A stretch of 64,000 nucleotides of DNA, from sequence record ON286972.1, one strand, 5' to 3'. How positions within the stretch are numbered: the stretch's first letter is position 1; the number at the start of each line of letters is the position of its first letter. A program made the translations under genes and the position numbers. The notes under the pieces are model-generated. The model worked only from the letters and a program-made list of their open reading frames with translations, had not been told where the DNA came from and did no database searches. This document shows positions 1 through 10,151 of the stretch, one piece after another.

Positions 1-702
1 CGTAAAGATTTCACACCTTATACTGTTCTTCGTTGGGTAAGTTCGTTAGATGATTCTTTGCAAGTAACTTACCCAAGTAGTAAAGTTGAAAGCGTTTTTG
101 GTAAATGGAAAGCTGGTGGCAAAGATGCACTTACTGAATTAATCAATGAATTAAATTCAAGTGGTGTAAATGTGTCATCAGTGACAAAGTACTGTCATGC
201 TGATTATGATTGGAGAATCAAGTTTGCAGTACAGGGTCAGTCCGATGCAAATAAATTGATTGCAGCCATGAATGATTTTAGCATTTCAGGGTCAGAAGTG
301 ATTTCTTTGGTTGATAGCACAACAGTAAAATACCAATTGATTATGTTAAATGATATGGTCAATGATGGTTTCTGGGATATGAAAGAACACCCTGAACTAG
401 TTTATCAATTGATGTGTGCTGTTCAGGATATGGTTGGTGGTAAAGAATTACCACGTAGTTGGCTTAACTTTTCAAAGAGTTTAAAACATGCAAACAATGC
501 ATTATTTGACTTGATTAAAAGTACACAACCAAGTTCAGTTGCCAATCAAATGAACGAGGATGAGTATAAAATCATCTTATTACAATACACTAAGAAATCA
601 TTCGAAACTTTACTTGACAACATGGGTTATCAAGATAAAGATTCAAAAGCAATGATGAAACTATTCAAAGAAGAATGTAAGAAATATGGCAAAGATATCT
701 AA
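1..702 (+). CDS. Probable clamp-loader small subunit (gp62-like), 5' end outside window
   Basis: Frame is open from base 1 (RKDFTPYTVLRWVSS...). The PY-x-x-x-RW-x-S and HPELVYQLMC...W motifs resemble gp62-like proteins, with an apparent central insertion. Confidence 0.5.
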   Translation, partial: RKDFTPYTVLRWVSSLDDSLQVTYPSSKVESVFGKWKAGGKDALTELINELNSSGVNVSSVTKYCHADYDWRIKFAVQGQSDANKLIAAMNDFSISGSEVISLVDSTTVKYQLIMLNDMVNDGFWDMKEHPELVYQLMCAVQDMVGGKELPRSWLNFSKSLKHANNALFDLIKSTQPSSVANQMNEDEYKIILLQYTKKSFETLLDNMGYQDKDSKAMMKLFKEECKKYGKDI

Positions 703-1393
703 ACCTGTATATCAATGTAAATTTTGTGATCGTGAATTTAAACGTGAAGACACAGTACATTCTCACAAATGTGAAAAGCGTGATAGATATGAAAATCGAG
801 ACAGCCGCACCATGCGTGAGGCTTTTCGTTTATATATGCAATTCATGGAAACTAACAATTTCAAAATTAAAAAAGATGTAGAACCATATATTAGTTTTAT
901 CAAGTCAAGATACTTTAAAGATTTCTATGATTTTGCAGAATACTATTTGAATAATAGGGATATATTACATATAGATGATTTCACTTTACATCTTATGAGA
1001 ACCAATGTTCCCATTATGCAATGGAGTACATATAAAGCTAAGGATGAATGGATACTTTCATGTATACGTAATGAGCACCCCAACGATGCTGTTGCCAGAA
1101 GCGTAAATGCTTTAGTTGAATGGGAACAAATGACAAATAATCCGTGGAACACATTCTTTAAGAATGTTAGTTCTGCACGTTTGATTTCTTGGATTGAAAG
1201 TGGTAAAATATCACCTTGGTTGATATGGACTGCCCCTGTGAGTTCATCCAATGAATTGTTCTCACGACTATCAGATTCTGAATTTGAATATATACTTAAA
1301 TACATCGATCCTAGCTTTTTTGAAATTAAAAAGTTGAAATATAAGAAAGAGTTTGAGGATATAAGAAGTATGTTAACTCAGGTGGGTTTATGA
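686..1393 (+). CDS. C2H2 zinc-finger protein, function unknown
   Basis: N-terminal YQCKFCDREFKREDTVHSHKC; overlaps the upstream stop. Confidence 0.6.
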   Translation: MAKISKPVYQCKFCDREFKREDTVHSHKCEKRDRYENRDSRTMREAFRLYMQFMETNNFKIKKDVEPYISFIKSRYFKDFYDFAEYYLNNRDILHIDDFTLHLMRTNVPIMQWSTYKAKDEWILSCIRNEHPNDAVARSVNALVEWEQMTNNPWNTFFKNVSSARLISWIESGKISPWLIWTAPVSSSNELFSRLSDSEFEYILKYIDPSFFEIKKLKYKKEFEDIRSMLTQVGL

Positions 1394-1719
1394 ATAATAA
1401 AAGTATATACAATAAAATACCAGAAGGGTACGTTCCTGTACCTAAATCGGACAAAAGTAAAGAATTACAATTACTTCGTCAAGGAAGCATAACTGAAATA
1501 ACATTGGGTGACAAAACGTTCCAAGTTCATGATCCAGTAAAAATAGAACAATTGATTAAGCTAGTCGAGAGGCATGAAGAACGTTTACATTCTGTGTCTA
1601 ATGAGTCAGCACAGTTGAAAAGAAAGATTCAGTACATGGAAAACGAAATACGAACCTTAAGAAATTCTATTAATAAATTACAGGATCAAATAAAGAATGC
1701 AGGATTCAACCAATTCTAA
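1390..1719 (+). CDS. Coiled-coil hypothetical protein
   Basis: ATGA overlap with the previous gene; heptad-rich C-terminal half. Confidence 0.6.
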   Translation: MNNKSIYNKIPEGYVPVPKSDKSKELQLLRQGSITEITLGDKTFQVHDPVKIEQLIKLVERHEERLHSVSNESAQLKRKIQYMENEIRTLRNSINKLQDQIKNAGFNQF

Positions 1720-2335
1720 TCATTACAGAAAAGCTAGAACAGATATTGATATTGATTTTAAAGATAGTAAATCTGTCATAGCTCAATTGCCATGTGTAAG
1801 AAGTACTGAAAAGATTACAGAAGATGGATTGATTGCACATAATAGTGGTGTACACTTTGATAATATTCCAATCGACCCAATAACTGGTTTGGCGAGTATA
1901 CAATATAAAGAAGCCGAAAGATTGGGGTATCAGAAGGTTGATATCCTTTCACAATCGGCTTACATGTATGTTCGTGACAGAGAACATCTAAAGGAACTTA
2001 TGAACAGAGAGCCTAATTGGGATCTGTTGTTAGAACCAGAAATTGTTGATCATTTATCACAAATTAAAAAGCATATAACTTTACTTAATGTTTGGAAACC
2101 CCGTTCTATAGACGAGTTGGCTATGTTTATTGCTATGATTCGCCCAGGGAAACGAAATTGTCAAAGTATGAACTCTTGGTCTGAAGTAGAATCGGTTATT
2201 TGGGATTATAGTAGTATTGGGCTAGATAGTGAGGGCAAAAAATTGCGTTATTTTAAAAAACCACATGCTTATGCTTATAGCTTAATGATTGTGGTACAAT
2301 TAAACGCATTGGTTGAACATCTTACTTCTTCTTAA
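1697..2335 (+). CDS. dnaE: Family-C (DnaE/PolIII alpha-like) polymerase core, C-terminal half
   Basis: DIDIDF, HNSGV, KVDIL, MIRPG and FKKPHAYAY match DnaE PDxDxDF, HAAGV, KxDxLG, LYRPG and FNKSHAxAY. Confidence 0.8.
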   Translation: MQDSTNSNHYRKARTDIDIDFKDSKSVIAQLPCVRSTEKITEDGLIAHNSGVHFDNIPIDPITGLASIQYKEAERLGYQKVDILSQSAYMYVRDREHLKELMNREPNWDLLLEPEIVDHLSQIKKHITLLNVWKPRSIDELAMFIAMIRPGKRNCQSMNSWSEVESVIWDYSSIGLDSEGKKLRYFKKPHAYAYSLMIVVQLNALVEHLTSS

Positions 2336-2675
2336 GTGCCACATTACGTCTTTTAATACGTTTTTGTGGCAAATCACTTAACGAAATTACCGGACCACAA
2401 ACGAAATTCACCATAGGCGTATCGAAGCGTTGTGTGAAAGGTTCAAATTTCTCCATTTCTTCTTGAAAGAAAAGACACACTGGGATTGACCTGTTACTTT
2501 GCCACCACCAATCGTGTGCTATTCCTAACAATTCATCTTGCATAGATTCATCCATAAGATCAAAACAATACAAAGTAGTATATTGCTTACTTTTAATCTT
2601 GATGATACCAATGTAAGTTTTACCATTATATTGCAGTACTGTAATAAATGGTGGAATAGTATTATATTGATTCAT
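2322..2675 (-). CDS. Conserved-looking hypothetical protein (WWWxSNRxIP motif)
   Basis: ORF with ATG, basic C-terminus; fills the gap between divergent genes. Confidence 0.6.
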   Translation of the reverse strand: MNQYNTIPPFITVLQYNGKTYIGIIKIKSKQYTTLYCFDLMDESMQDELLGIAHDWWWQSNRSIPVCLFFQEEMEKFEPFTQRFDTPMVNFVCGPVISLSDLPQKRIKRRNVALKKK

Positions 2676-2732
2676 ATGAGTTCCATAAATATTAGTATAA
2701 ATTTATACCTATTATTTATGGAAGGAATAATC

Positions 2733-3710
2733 ATGTCCCATCACGGTGTGTATATGTACCCTTATAATCAGGAAGTATCATTGGGCAATTTTAATATGCC
2801 ATTTAACAATGATAAGTTAACGATTTATCGTGGTGCTAACAATAACGTAACTTTCACAGTACACAATGCTGATGGAAAGTACACTCAATTAAAAACTAAT
2901 GAATATTTAACATTTATGATTTTCGATGCACGTAACAATACGATTTTGTTTGATACTGTATTGGAAAAGATTTTACCAAGTTGGTTAAACGATAGTGGTC
3001 AGGCTAAACCTACTTTGGGTAATAGTAAAAAAGTATATTATGGTTGTATAATTCCTGCTGGTATTATACAAGATACTAGTCCTGGTTCCAAATACAGATG
3101 GAGTATTACTAAAGTAACTATGGACGGTTCGTTGATTGAACCAACACAGTACTTATATACTGGTTTAAATTATGAAGCATCATCTGAACTAATTATCTCC
3201 GACAAAGCAGCACCTGTTTTCGTACCAAGCATTGAAGTTTCTGCTGATCAGAATCCATCTTGGAAATCTATCAAGTCTGCGTTCAGAGAACCTATTAGTG
3301 ATGGTTTTAAAGGTGAATTTGATGTTATGTGTACATCGCCTTTGAGAGCACAAATGCAATATGGTTTAGTTGATGGTTTAAGTACTATTGCAATTTACTG
3401 TAATGGTTTTATTGGTAGGATACAGTTACAAGGATGCTTGAGTAATGATGTACCAAGTGATAGTGATAACTATAAGTGGTTTATTATCAAGTTGGATGGA
3501 AAAGAGTACATCGAGAATGGCATAGATGAAAATGGCGTACCCGTTCCGTTGGAAGGTATACAGGCATTTAATTTTAAAGGTAATTACATGTGGCTTCGTG
3601 TGGTTGTTAGTATTCGTCCAATCTCCAAACCAATCCCATATGATTATGCTGCAATCCGTAAAATCTATAACCCACTCTTAACTGTTCCTAAAATTTTGAT
3701 TCGTCGATGA
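2733..3710 (+). CDS. Putative virion structural protein
   Basis: RBS GGAAGGA before ATG 2733; late-type CATAAATA at 2684; beta-rich sequence. Confidence 0.5.
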   Translation: MSHHGVYMYPYNQEVSLGNFNMPFNNDKLTIYRGANNNVTFTVHNADGKYTQLKTNEYLTFMIFDARNNTILFDTVLEKILPSWLNDSGQAKPTLGNSKKVYYGCIIPAGIIQDTSPGSKYRWSITKVTMDGSLIEPTQYLYTGLNYEASSELIISDKAAPVFVPSIEVSADQNPSWKSIKSAFREPISDGFKGEFDVMCTSPLRAQMQYGLVDGLSTIAIYCNGFIGRIQLQGCLSNDVPSDSDNYKWFIIKLDGKEYIENGIDENGVPVPLEGIQAFNFKGNYMWLRVVVSIRPISKPIPYDYAAIRKIYNPLLTVPKILIRR

Positions 3711-3736
3711 GACATACTCACAAGCTGTGATATAAT
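3708..3736 (+). promoter_or_regulatory. Promoter TGAGAC-N17-TATAAT with extended -10 TG
   Basis: Upstream of primase; same -35 at 10110 and 27062. Confidence 0.6.
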
Positions 3737-3763
3737 CATCGAAGACAAGAAAAGGAATTACAT

Positions 3764-4813
3764 ATGAACTCAGTACAAGACATTATGGCACAAATCATGA
3801 ATGACCCTGTACCTGGTATTGGTATATGGGCACACCACAACTGTCCTATGTGTGTGTTTCGTGGACATTCAAGACCTGATGTAAAGGGTCGTGGTAATCA
3901 TATGTTTAATTCTGATGGTTCAGTATCTTATAACTGTTTTAACTGTAGTTTAAAGACAGGTTGGCAACCTGGAAAATATATGAGCAAAGATATGGAGTCT
4001 TTGCTCATTTCTTTTGGTGCACAACAAAAAGATATAGAATTATTAAAATTTTACATAAAAGAAATGGTAGAGAGTGGTGATTACGCTGAACAAGAGTCTA
4101 CCACATCGAAGTTATATCAAAGGGTAACAGCACGCGATTTACCACCTAATTCAAAGACATTTTTTGAATGGGCTTCAGATGATAATGCACCCAATGAATT
4201 TTTTAGTGTACTGAATGCAGTAAATGACCGAAATCCATATCTATTGGATTTGGAATTATATTGGAGTCCATCTAAAGAACATAAAATGTATGATAGATTT
4301 ATTATACCTTACTATATGAATGGTAAAATAATTGGGTATACTGCAAGACATAAATTAAAAGACCCAGGAAGTACGTATCGTTTTATTAATCAGGTAAGTA
4401 CTAATATTTTGTACAATTATGATTTGTTGAATGATGAACGTATAAAAACTTTATTGGTATGTGAAGGACCAATGGATGCCGCATTGATGGGTGGTGTATC
4501 AGCAAATAACTTTAAGTTATCTACACCACAGATTGAAATACTTAAACAGGCACAGAGTAAAGGTAAAAAAGTAGTAATTGTACCAGACAGGGATAAAGAT
4601 GGATTAGTGACAATTGACCAAGCATTAGAGCATGGTTTTAGTGTTGCCTTTCCAAACTTTGGAGCCGTAAAAGAAGGTAGTGGTATTCGTCACATAAAAG
4701 ATTTTGACGAAGCCTGTGCCAAATATGGTCGTTTATTTTGTCTACAACTAATACATGAAAGTATAGTTGACGAACCTTTCTATATCAAAGCACAAACCGA
4801 TAAATGGATGTAA
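3764..4813 (+). CDS. gp61: DNA primase (gp61/DnaG-type)
   Basis: Zn-binding CPMC...YNCFNC; TOPRIM motifs VCEGPMDA and VPDRDKDG. Confidence 0.9.
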   Translation: MNSVQDIMAQIMNDPVPGIGIWAHHNCPMCVFRGHSRPDVKGRGNHMFNSDGSVSYNCFNCSLKTGWQPGKYMSKDMESLLISFGAQQKDIELLKFYIKEMVESGDYAEQESTTSKLYQRVTARDLPPNSKTFFEWASDDNAPNEFFSVLNAVNDRNPYLLDLELYWSPSKEHKMYDRFIIPYYMNGKIIGYTARHKLKDPGSTYRFINQVSTNILYNYDLLNDERIKTLLVCEGPMDAALMGGVSANNFKLSTPQIEILKQAQSKGKKVVIVPDRDKDGLVTIDQALEHGFSVAFPNFGAVKEGSGIRHIKDFDEACAKYGRLFCLQLIHESIVDEPFYIKAQTDKWM

Positions 4814-4831
4814 AAGAAATAAGGGAATATA

Positions 4832-6358
4832 ATGATTCAAAGCACAGTGGACGTCAAACAATATGGGATTAATGCCCAACAATATCTATTATCACAAATT
4901 TTCAGTAACCCAGATTTATATGTACGCTGTAAAAATATTCTTAAACCTGAATATTTCGATAGCACTTTTCATGAAAGTATTAAATTCGTTCATGATTACA
5001 GTGCAAAATATAGTGCATCACCAACTTTAAAAGATATTGAAGTTAAGGGTGGTTTTGCATACGATAGTACTGAAGTAAGTGAGCTACACAAGCAATCAGT
5101 ACTTGATACATGCAGTGAGTTCTGTCGACACAAAGCACTAGCTTTGGCTGTTGAGAAAGGTATGGAGTTAGTACATCAGAAAAAATATGGTGGAATCGAA
5201 GAACTAATTCGTGAAGCTATGCTTGTTTCTGTACAAAACGAACTAGGTCTGGATATCTTTGAAAATCCAGAAGATACAATTCGCTCACTAAGTACGATGC
5301 AAGGTTCATTCAAGAGTGGTTGGGAAACACTGGACTTTAAACTGTTTGGTGGTTTCGGTCGCCGTGAACTTGAAATCTTCGCCGCAGCATCAGGTGGTGG
5401 TAAATCAGTTGTTCTACAAAACTTAGCTGTAAACTTTGCTAAAGCTGGACTGAACGGTGCTTACATTTCACTAGAACTTGCTGAAGAGTTGGTTGCAGTC
5501 CGTATCTATGGTATGATGACTGAATCCAAATTGAGTAATGTTAAACATGAAGCTGACCGAATCGGTTTACGAGTACAAATGGAAGGTAAAAATAGTGGTG
5601 TTATGCGTATCAAGCGTCTACCTGAATCTGTGACAACAACAGATGATATTGAAAGTTACCTTCGTGAATTACAAATCAAATTGGAAATTAAACTTGACTA
5701 TGTTTGTGTGGACTACTTAGATCTATTAACATCTAATCGCCTAGGCCCAAATGATAAATCTAATACATTTACCAAAGATAAGTTTGTTTCTGAAGAATTG
5801 CGTGCTCTAGCAACTAAAATGGATTTAACTGTATTCACTGCATCCCAGTTTAACCGTAGTGGTATGGGTGAAGATAAGAAAAGTCAAAGTCAGATTGCTG
5901 GTGGTATTTCAAAGATCTATACCGCAGATAACGTAATTTACATTGAAGCACGTAAAGAAACTGGTGAGATGTGGTTTGACTTCCAGAAAACACGTAACAG
6001 TAGTGCAGTAGGTTCTCGTTTGCGTATGTCTTATGACATTGATTCATTACGTGTGTTGGACCATGCAACAACCATTCAGCAATTCGAAACCGATGGTTCT
6101 GGGTTCAAGCATAGCGGTCTAACAAAGGTCGGTGGTGGTAACATGGCACTCCCCCCAACCACTATGCAAACATTGCGTCATACGCTTTCTGGTGCACAAA
6201 AACCAGTACAAACACAAAGTACTGTTGAAGCTGATGACGTAACACTAAATACAGAAAATGCTACACTTTCTAGCACTACAGAGGAAACCCAACAACCTGT
6301 TAATATTGGCACTAATCGTGCGAATATGATGAAACAATGGTTGAATCAAAGGAAATAA
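4832..6358 (+). CDS. gp41: Replicative helicase (gp41/DnaB family)
   Basis: Walker A AASGGGKS, VDYLDLL, TASQFNR; directly follows primase. Confidence 0.92.
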   Translation: MIQSTVDVKQYGINAQQYLLSQIFSNPDLYVRCKNILKPEYFDSTFHESIKFVHDYSAKYSASPTLKDIEVKGGFAYDSTEVSELHKQSVLDTCSEFCRHKALALAVEKGMELVHQKKYGGIEELIREAMLVSVQNELGLDIFENPEDTIRSLSTMQGSFKSGWETLDFKLFGGFGRRELEIFAAASGGGKSVVLQNLAVNFAKAGLNGAYISLELAEELVAVRIYGMMTESKLSNVKHEADRIGLRVQMEGKNSGVMRIKRLPESVTTTDDIESYLRELQIKLEIKLDYVCVDYLDLLTSNRLGPNDKSNTFTKDKFVSEELRALATKMDLTVFTASQFNRSGMGEDKKSQSQIAGGISKIYTADNVIYIEARKETGEMWFDFQKTRNSSAVGSRLRMSYDIDSLRVLDHATTIQQFETDGSGFKHSGLTKVGGGNMALPPTTMQTLRHTLSGAQKPVQTQSTVEADDVTLNTENATLSSTTEETQQPVNIGTNRANMMKQWLNQRK

Positions 6359-6361
6359 CGA

Positions 6362-6634
6362 ATGGCTAATGAATCCAGTAAAAAGAATCTACTTGATAGT
6401 ATAGTAAATTATACTCCAGAGAAGGATACATTGCAGAGTTTTGGTAATAGGGCCGACCATGCCATAAATTCTGTAATTCATTTATTGGAGAGTATAGATA
6501 ATGAGTTTAATAGTATTGATGCTGAAGATTTAAAGAAACGATTATTTTTGAGTATCAAGAACCGAGATTACAAAAAGTTTCAGAAGGGGTTGGAAAATAT
6601 AGCACTGGATGAAAAACGTAATAAAGGTAATTGA
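6362..6634 (+). CDS. Hypothetical protein
   Basis: ORF with ATG in operon context. Confidence 0.6.
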   Translation: MANESSKKNLLDSIVNYTPEKDTLQSFGNRADHAINSVIHLLESIDNEFNSIDAEDLKKRLFLSIKNRDYKKFQKGLENIALDEKRNKGN

Positions 6635-6635
6635 T

Positions 6636-6794
6636 ATGAAAAAGAAATTAAAAGAAAATGCTTCAGCAGGTGCTACCTCGGCAGGGGCAGTTGCATCAAT
6701 CAGTACTGGATTAAATTATCCATTACTCAAACGTATTCCTCCAACCAATTTCTTTGGGTATAAAGAATATAAAATTAAAAAGGATAAGGAATGA
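6636..6794 (+). CDS. Small putative head protein (LKE/NASAGATSAG)
   Basis: ATG 6636; L-x-E motif near N-terminus. Confidence 0.5.
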   Translation: MKKKLKENASAGATSAGAVASISTGLNYPLLKRIPPTNFFGYKEYKIKKDKE

Positions 6795-7183
6795 AACCAT
6801 ATACGTTCTACACTATTAATACCGTTGTAGATATAGGTGATGGTAGTACTCCAACTATAATCGATTCAAAATTCACAGGTGCTATGAATTTGTCCCGATT
6901 ACTTGAAGCAATCATGGTGCATGATTATCCAATGATGGTAAGTGTTGTTAGAGATGAAGTTGATTTGACTAAAGGAAACAATTCTGAATTTTACAGCTTA
7001 CCATCGTTATGGGGAAAATGTATTGTTAGTACTTTCAAATTTGCATTACCAGTTGATGTTAATTTGAGATTAAATGGAATACCATTAGTACTACCTACAG
7101 TGGTTAATAATAACCGCATTACAAAATTTATCACAACGAATTGTACTCGTAATATTAGCATCAGTAAACAGACCTTTTCTTAA
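6791..7183 (+). CDS. Hypothetical protein
   Basis: ATGA overlap, RBS AAGGA. Confidence 0.6.
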   Translation: MKPYTFYTINTVVDIGDGSTPTIIDSKFTGAMNLSRLLEAIMVHDYPMMVSVVRDEVDLTKGNNSEFYSLPSLWGKCIVSTFKFALPVDVNLRLNGIPLVLPTVVNNNRITKFITTNCTRNISISKQTFS

Positions 7184-7236
7184 TTGTGATAAATATCATA
7201 AAGCAAGACTAAGGTCTTTTTTATTTTGGAGAATAT

Positions 7237-8193
7237 ATGGACATGCAACAAACCGCAAGCGAACTACAGAAGTTTGCTGATGCTCATGGAATGAACATCG
7301 ATGTGGCAATTATTATTGATAATATGGATGCAGGTGATTTCGTTGCTCTTAATGGTGCAATGGATAATTCAGACAACCGTACAATTATGCAATTGCTACA
7401 AAAATATAAAGCACATATGAGTGAGAGTTATAATTATTTTAGCCCAACCAATTTTATGAAACACATCAATGAATCATCTGAATTGTGTTCTAAAGTTGAC
7501 TCAATGAGTGCGAAAGAATTAACCGAACATTATCGTTCAATGAACACCTACTGTGATGTATCCAGTCTTAGTATTCAAGAACTTAAAGCTTTGGTTTTTG
7601 AAGATATCACTTCACAGCTAAAATCAAATCAAGCCGTGAATATGAACAATAATACGCAACAAATGAATCCACAAACACAAGCAAAACTTAAACAAGCGGA
7701 ATTACAAAAGAACGCTAATAATATGCAAGTTACTGTTCCTGGGTCACAATCTGGAACTGATGCTGTTGAGCCAGTCGTTGGTGTTGATATTGGTGCAACC
7801 CCAGACCAATCTTTGGTTATTACAAAAAATGGTAATAAACCAAATGAATTAAATGTATTTTCACTTGATGATGTAACTCCGGTTGATATGCAAAATCAAA
7901 AAGTTACTGAAGATCAAGAAACCCGTGTTTCTGATGAAAAAGACCCCAATGAAATCAATGATGAATTGATGGCTCCCCCTGATAATGCAGGTCTTTCAAC
8001 CGATGAACCAAGTGACTCACCATTGACCAATCATCAGCCTGGTATGGGTGAGATGATTCATGCAATCAATGATATTGAGAAAGAAGAAGACCTTTCTGGT
8101 GAAGAAAGTCAAATGGGTAATAGTGCTCAATCGGATAATGATGATATTATTAACCAAATTATTGATGCTTGTTCGAGAATGAGAGGACTATAA
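7237..8193 (+). CDS. Acidic putative head/internal protein
   Basis: Late-type GATAAATAT at 7188; RBS GGAG; several x-x-E/S or E/D sites; low-complexity acidic tail. Confidence 0.55.
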   Translation: MDMQQTASELQKFADAHGMNIDVAIIIDNMDAGDFVALNGAMDNSDNRTIMQLLQKYKAHMSESYNYFSPTNFMKHINESSELCSKVDSMSAKELTEHYRSMNTYCDVSSLSIQELKALVFEDITSQLKSNQAVNMNNNTQQMNPQTQAKLKQAELQKNANNMQVTVPGSQSGTDAVEPVVGVDIGATPDQSLVITKNGNKPNELNVFSLDDVTPVDMQNQKVTEDQETRVSDEKDPNEINDELMAPPDNAGLSTDEPSDSPLTNHQPGMGEMIHAINDIEKEEDLSGEESQMGNSAQSDNDDIINQIIDACSRMRGL

Positions 8194-8411
8194 TGCGTAC
8201 TGTTCCGAATTTACACGGACACAATACTATGGTTTCCAACGAAGAATATAAGTTATTACAAAAAATAAAGGCACGCGGTACTGTGCCTGTTAAAAATGTC
8301 AATGAATACTATGAAGAATTGGCTGAAAAACTTGTATCTCGTGGTGTTCTAAATAAGGAACAGAACGATGATGGTGATGAAGTATATGTGTCAATAAGGA
8401 GTAAGAAATGA
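8193..8411 (+). CDS. Small hypothetical protein (winged-helix-like)
   Basis: TAATG coupling, RBS GAGGA; LLQKIK...LVSRGVL pattern. Confidence 0.5.
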   Translation: MRTVPNLHGHNTMVSNEEYKLLQKIKARGTVPVKNVNEYYEELAEKLVSRGVLNKEQNDDGDEVYVSIRSKK

Positions 8412-9097
8412 ATTACGAATATGACCAAAAATCGGTTGACATGATGACTAACTTACTAAGTGGTTTGAATGATATCGAGTCTGGTAATGTGTCTGCATCA
8501 TCTGGTGCACATTATAATACTGGTGGTGATATTGGGGCAATGACTGATATTTTGACCTCATTAAATGAGGCTGGTATGAATTACGGTGAACCAGTACAAC
8601 AGGTACACCAAGAACATCCTCATGTAACAACATATAATAGCCCTTACAATGAACACATTATGGGGCATCCAGCGTCCACACCACAATACGCACCTAGTGC
8701 CAGTACTAAACCAAAAACTAACTGGAGTTTAGTAGAAGAGAAAGTTCCAGGAACTAAAAATACAAAAACCTATAGTATCAAAAGTAATCATAGCTCACAA
8801 ATACTAATGAATAATATCATGATGTACGAAGCTGCACTTACTTTAGTTAACTTATTAAATGAAGGTCGAGTATTGACTGATGCTAAAATTTTAGGTATCA
8901 TTAGCTCTGGGATGCAATTCACTCATGTGATGAACGAAGCACTTAATGCTGCAAAGAAGAGACAACAAGTATTGAATGAGTCTAAGTACGATGAAGCTAA
9001 AGATCTAGACGTACTAATTGCTGAAAAGAAAGCAGAAGCATTTAAACTTAAAGAACGTGTTATGAACTTCCTCAAGAGTGAAGGTTATATCAAGTAA
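8408..9097 (+). CDS. Putative head/internal protein
   Basis: ATGA overlap; LNE and LVEE motifs. Confidence 0.5.
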   Translation: MNYEYDQKSVDMMTNLLSGLNDIESGNVSASSGAHYNTGGDIGAMTDILTSLNEAGMNYGEPVQQVHQEHPHVTTYNSPYNEHIMGHPASTPQYAPSASTKPKTNWSLVEEKVPGTKNTKTYSIKSNHSSQILMNNIMMYEAALTLVNLLNEGRVLTDAKILGIISSGMQFTHVMNEALNAAKKRQQVLNESKYDEAKDLDVLIAEKKAEAFKLKERVMNFLKSEGYIK

Positions 9098-9130
9098 ATA
9101 AATTTAGGATATTTTTATAAGGAAATACAA

Positions 9131-9760
9131 ATGTCAAATTACAAAAAACTAATGGAGTCTTCTTCTAAGGCTGAAGCAATGACTTTTATTAAACTCAACG
9201 AATCCAATATCGAAAAAGCAGAAATTGTTTTGGCAGTTAAAGGTGAAATCGTTGATAAGCTACAACGTCAATCTGAAGTTATCAACAACATGGGCGTTGA
9301 CGTACTAGGTCCACTACTTGACCGTATCAAAGCTGAGCAAGGTCTAGATGCAGCAGAAAACTTTAAAAACAGCGTTAGTGGTTTACTACAACAAGCAGTA
9401 ACAACACTAATGGATGTTAAGGACAAGATCAGTACTGAAACTCTAAAGCTAACTGGTGATATCACTGATGCACCAGACGTATCCGATTTGGGTGCTGATG
9501 AGTTTGATGTTGATGTAACTTCTGAACCATCTTTTGATATGGGTGCAGATGCAGATTTCGAAGAAGACCTAATTTCAGAACCAATCCCAACCGAACGTGA
9601 AATGAAAGAATCTGTACAATTCACAAAAATTGGTGTTGAGATGGAAAGTGTTCGTGGCACTATTGGTACTAAGTACTTCTCAAATAAAGCAGAAATGAAT
9701 TCTTGGCTAACTGAAAACCAACACAAAATCAAAAAAGTTTTGGGCGTTGTGAAGAAATAA
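9131..9760 (+). CDS. Putative prohead core/scaffold-like protein
   Basis: LMES, LNES and MKES motifs; acidic linker; AGTAAATA upstream; high-expression codon usage. Confidence 0.5.
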   Translation: MSNYKKLMESSSKAEAMTFIKLNESNIEKAEIVLAVKGEIVDKLQRQSEVINNMGVDVLGPLLDRIKAEQGLDAAENFKNSVSGLLQQAVTTLMDVKDKISTETLKLTGDITDAPDVSDLGADEFDVDVTSEPSFDMGADADFEEDLISEPIPTEREMKESVQFTKIGVEMESVRGTIGTKYFSNKAEMNSWLTENQHKIKKVLGVVKK

Positions 9761-9770
9761 GGATATAATT

Positions 9771-10103
9771 ATGAAATTCAGTGATCTAACTGAAGATGCA
9801 CCACCAAAAGACATTCGCAACATGATCACATCTATTGCATTGTCTCTGGTATCTTCTGGTCGTGAAGAAGTGAATTTGCAATCCTTAATTTCCGAAATTA
9901 AAAAAAGAACTAACATCGACGTACCTTACAATGTGATGATGGATATTCTTAACACATTGCCATTTGTACAAGATGTTAATTCTGATATAGTGAAATTTGC
10001 AGGTGCTGATGGGGACACAAATCCATCACCTGATGGACAAGAAAATTCAGAAGAACAGGTCACCGACTGGGCTACTAAAGCTGCATCTGTGACTAAAGAT
10101 TAA
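9771..10103 (+). CDS. Putative head-associated protein (MKFSDLTED)
   Basis: RBS AAGGA; N-terminal L-x-E. Confidence 0.5.
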   Translation: MKFSDLTEDAPPKDIRNMITSIALSLVSSGREEVNLQSLISEIKKRTNIDVPYNVMMDILNTLPFVQDVNSDIVKFAGADGDTNPSPDGQENSEEQVTDWATKAASVTKD

Positions 10104-10109
10104 AAAAAT

Positions 10110-10138
10110 TGAGACAAACAAAAATATAGTGCTATAAT
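10110..10138 (+). promoter_or_regulatory. Promoter TGAGAC-N17-TATAAT
   Basis: Same class as 3708 and 27062. Confidence 0.6.
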
Positions 10139-10151
10139 TAGGAGTACACGG

